Below are positions 61,488 to 64,000 of a DNA stretch of 64,000 bases, piece by piece. Source of the stretch: a bacterium (GTDB taxonomy: Bacteria; Patescibacteriota; Patescibacteriia; UBA1558; UBA10009); the NCBI GenBank assembly GCA_018672055.1, contig JABHGM010000001.1, positions 200,884 to 264,883 on the forward strand, written 5' to 3'. Under the pieces are notes generated by a model. That model was not told where the DNA came from, searched no databases, and saw only the letters and a list, made by a program, of their open reading frames with translations. Position 1 is the first letter of the stretch, and every line of letters begins with the position of its first letter. A program made the position numbers and the translations under genes.

Positions 61488-61934
61488 TTATATTCTTTTT
61501 TTAATAATTAAGTAAATTAACCAGATAACACCTATAGTAATATATGTATCAGCTAAATTAAAAGCTGGGAATGTGGAGATATCAATAAAATCAATTACTC
61601 CGTTATATTCTATTCTATCTAGTAAATTACTTAGAGCACCTATTATTATAAGAGATATGGGGAATATTGCTATATGGCTATTTAAATAGTATTTAACTAA
61701 ATGCCAGGTTAAACTAAATATAATTATTAATATAATAGGTATTAATATATATAAAGGCATAGGTATGGAAAAAGCAATACCAGTATTAAGATAATGTTTA
61801 AAGCCTAGGGATGGTAAATAAAAAATACCCTCTTGGGGTAGATTAAAGCTTAAATACTTAGTTATTCTATCAATAATAAATAGAAAAAGAATTAACCAAA
61901 TGAGTAGTTTCTTATTTTTTAATTTGACAGCCAT
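61488..61934 (-). CDS. lspA: Lipoprotein signal peptidase II
   Basis: DRITK, NTGIAFS, GALSNLLDR, VIDFI, FNLAD. Confidence 0.92.
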   Translation of the reverse strand: MAVKLKNKKLLIWLILFLFIIDRITKYLSFNLPQEGIFYLPSLGFKHYLNTGIAFSIPMPLYILIPIILIIIFSLTWHLVKYYLNSHIAIFPISLIIIGALSNLLDRIEYNGVIDFIDISTFPAFNLADTYITIGVIWLIYLIIKKRI

Positions 61935-62292
61935 GACCAGGTGCACATTTAGTAGCGGTAGGCATTATTTCTAAACGTTCTTTAGCAATAGGATTATCGC
62001 ATTTTTCACATAAGCCATAAGTATTGTTTTCTAGCTTACTTAATGCTTTATTTACCATTTCAATAGATTGTTCAAATGTTTCTTCTAAAGATAGATTACT
62101 TTCAAAAGCAGCAACTTCAGCAGCATTATCATCTTCTTTGTCTCCAAAGTTAGGAAAATCTGCATTAAAGTTATCTTCTTGTCTTGGATCACGTTCTGCA
62201 AAGGTAGAAAGTTGCTTTCTAAGTTTTTCTTTTCTAGCAATTAGTGATTCTTCTATATTTTTTAGAAATTTTTTATCGAAATGTTTAGTCAT
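61912..62292 (-). CDS. DksA/TraR C4 zinc-finger protein
   Basis: Coiled coil with DxxD tip, YGLCEKC...ERLEIMP.ATKC. Confidence 0.88.
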   Translation of the reverse strand: MTKHFDKKFLKNIEESLIARKEKLRKQLSTFAERDPRQEDNFNADFPNFGDKEDDNAAEVAAFESNLSLEETFEQSIEMVNKALSKLENNTYGLCEKCDNPIAKERLEIMPTATKCAPGHGCQIKK

Positions 62293-62371
62293 ATGTATGT
62301 TTTTAACGTATGTATTATATATAATTGTACATTTAATGTCAATGATATAAGGATGAAAAATTAAGTATTAG

Positions 62372-62735
62372 AAAAGGGCGCCAAGTAGCGCTCATTATAA
62401 AATTATTATATAGCGACTTAGCGCCCAAATTAGTCTCAAGATCTACTTCCTTAACATGAAGACCATGTTAGAAGAAGATCCAAAATCTCGTGACTGTTTT
62501 TAAGCACTATTTCCAACTTTATAGCGTATTTTCACTTACAACTCTTGGTGGTATGCACTCTATTTTATTAAAGAGATACCTTTTGAAGTTTTTATTTTTA
62601 TTTTACTACCATACTAGGTATTAAATAGTTAGGTCAGGTTGGTCTAACCTTAACGAGTTGAAAATGACAAAAATATTCCCTAAAACTACTTTTAGGAGAT
62701 TGTTTCTGTTTTTGTAAGGTGCATTTTTGTTTTAA
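62372..62735 (-). ncRNA. Putative structured ncRNA (about 360 nt) with own promoter and terminator
   Basis: TTGATT-17-TATACT (62772 down to 62744), multiple hairpins, GC-rich terminal hairpin plus U-tract, no ORF. Confidence 0.45.
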
Positions 62736-62882
62736 CTAATATAAGTATAGCATATATTTAAATAAAAATCAAGAGCATATAGAGGCTAATATTAGGTAAA
62801 TAAGTTTAAAAAAACAAAAAAAAGTGATTTCTTGAACACTTTATTTATTCACACATTTAACAGTTTATCCACAGCTGTGTAT

Positions 62883-64000
62883 TTACTTAAGTTTAAGACA
62901 CATTCTTATTTGGTTATTATTTGAAGAAAAGGCTGATATTTCAGTGAATTCTTTAAGTTTTGAGCTAGATATTGGCCAAGCACTCTCAGGTTTTATGATA
63001 ATAAAGGAATTTAAGTTATTTAAACTACAATCTGTATCTTTATTATTATTTTTTATATTATAGAAATCTATTTGATCTAAATTATTGCTTATTATAAGAA
63101 TATCGTTATTTGAGGCATAACCCATCTTTTTACTACCCATATCATATTTATACATCTGCCATTCATTAATAGTTGTTTCTTGCCAGATAACTGATGCTGG
63201 GTTAGTAATTAGCTCTATTGCTTTAGTATTATCAGGTAAGATTAACTCTTGTCTTAGTGTTTCAGTAAATCTAGCTAAGTAATTCTTTAAATTATCGTTA
63301 AATAATTCTTGATTATTGATATTAGTAGTAATCTGCCAAGAATTATCGTTAAAGCTTAAGATGATAGGTCCTTTTAAGTCTTTAATAATATTACTTAAGG
63401 AGAATTGATGTTCAATCCATAGATTATTATCAAGTGATCTAAATATATCTTGTAAATAAGTATTATTTTCTAGCTGATTTATAAATAACTCTATATTATT
63501 TATACCAAGACTAAATTTGTTATTTAAATTTGAATAATTTATGATGTTTTCTAACTCAGTTATATTATTTTCATTATTTAAGTTGCTTGGTTCTAAGTTT
63601 AATATTAATTTATTGTTTTCTACGCTTATTTCTAGATTAAAGTTCTCATTATTTGTAGTAAGTAGAGGATTTAAGATTAATTGTAAGTCAGTAAGTAAGG
63701 GATTTGTATATTCTTGGTTAAAAAACGCTTTTTGGAAATATATTGTTGACCAAGGTTTTAAATTAACTGAGAAATTTAAAATATCTTTTTTTGATAACTC
63801 TTGATTATTTATTTTACTAAGTAATTCTTTATCATTGGTAATAATTAGTACCTTATTCATAATTAATTTTAAAAATAGCTCTTCTGTTTCTTTAGGATAG
63901 TCTAAATCTTTTACTTCATTATTAAATTCTACTAAATAAGCAAATTGATTATTATCTGGCATGAAGATTAAGCCATGTTTTTGCTTTTTAATATCATTTA
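62883..64000 (-). CDS. Hypothetical Asn-rich protein (5' end beyond window)
   Basis: Frame remains open upstream of ATG 63962 to the window end. Confidence 0.65.
   Translation of the reverse strand, partial: NDIKKQKHGLIFMPDNNQFAYLVEFNNEVKDLDYPKETEELFLKLIMNKVLIITNDKELLSKINNQELSKKDILNFSVNLKPWSTIYFQKAFFNQEYTNPLLTDLQLILNPLLTTNNENFNLEISVENNKLILNLEPSNLNNENNITELENIINYSNLNNKFSLGINNIELFINQLENNTYLQDIFRSLDNNLWIEHQFSLSNIIKDLKGPIILSFNDNSWQITTNINNQELFNDNLKNYLARFTETLRQELILPDNTKAIELITNPASVIWQETTINEWQMYKYDMGSKKMGYASNNDILIISNNLDQIDFYNIKNNNKDTDCSLNNLNSFIIIKPESAWPISSSKLKEFTEISAFSSNNNQIRMCLKLK

Overview
Very AT-rich bacterial chromosome segment that spans the replication origin. Gene content, gene order, SD-less core genes, an unlinked 23S-5S rRNA unit with insertions and a tRNA-Ile(UAU) point to a Patescibacteria/CPR genome, probably Parcubacteria-like (inference; standard code 11). 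It holds the tyrS/pbp1A/dnaN/oriC/dnaA/rpmH-rnpA-yidD-yidC core, trxB/trxA/gdhA, nusA, hppA, tig, nfo, a 23S+5S rRNA unit without 16S, an amino-sugar cluster (RHH-nucleotidyltransferase, PPi-PFK, TrmB, glmS, GNAT, glmR/yvcK), endoQ, a histone-H1-like protein, rplS, infB-rbfA-nrnA-clpP, a putative 6S RNA upstream of rny-ymdB-hup, and lspA/dksA. There are 10 canonical tRNAs and 2 aberrant ones. No CRISPR array, integrase or transposase was seen. Four signals are most unusual. (1) Several stand-alone non-coding transcription units (promoter, multi-domain structured RNA, terminator), one of them bracketed by two aberrant CCA-less tRNAs. (2) A distinct class of orphan gene cassettes with near-consensus promoters, boxA-like leaders, strong SD sites and shared terminators, arranged as tandem, highly diverged paralogs. 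(3) An in-frame ssb/lamin-tail-domain chimera. (4) A promoter plus a small membrane ORF inside the 23S-5S spacer. All structure and homology calls were made by eye.
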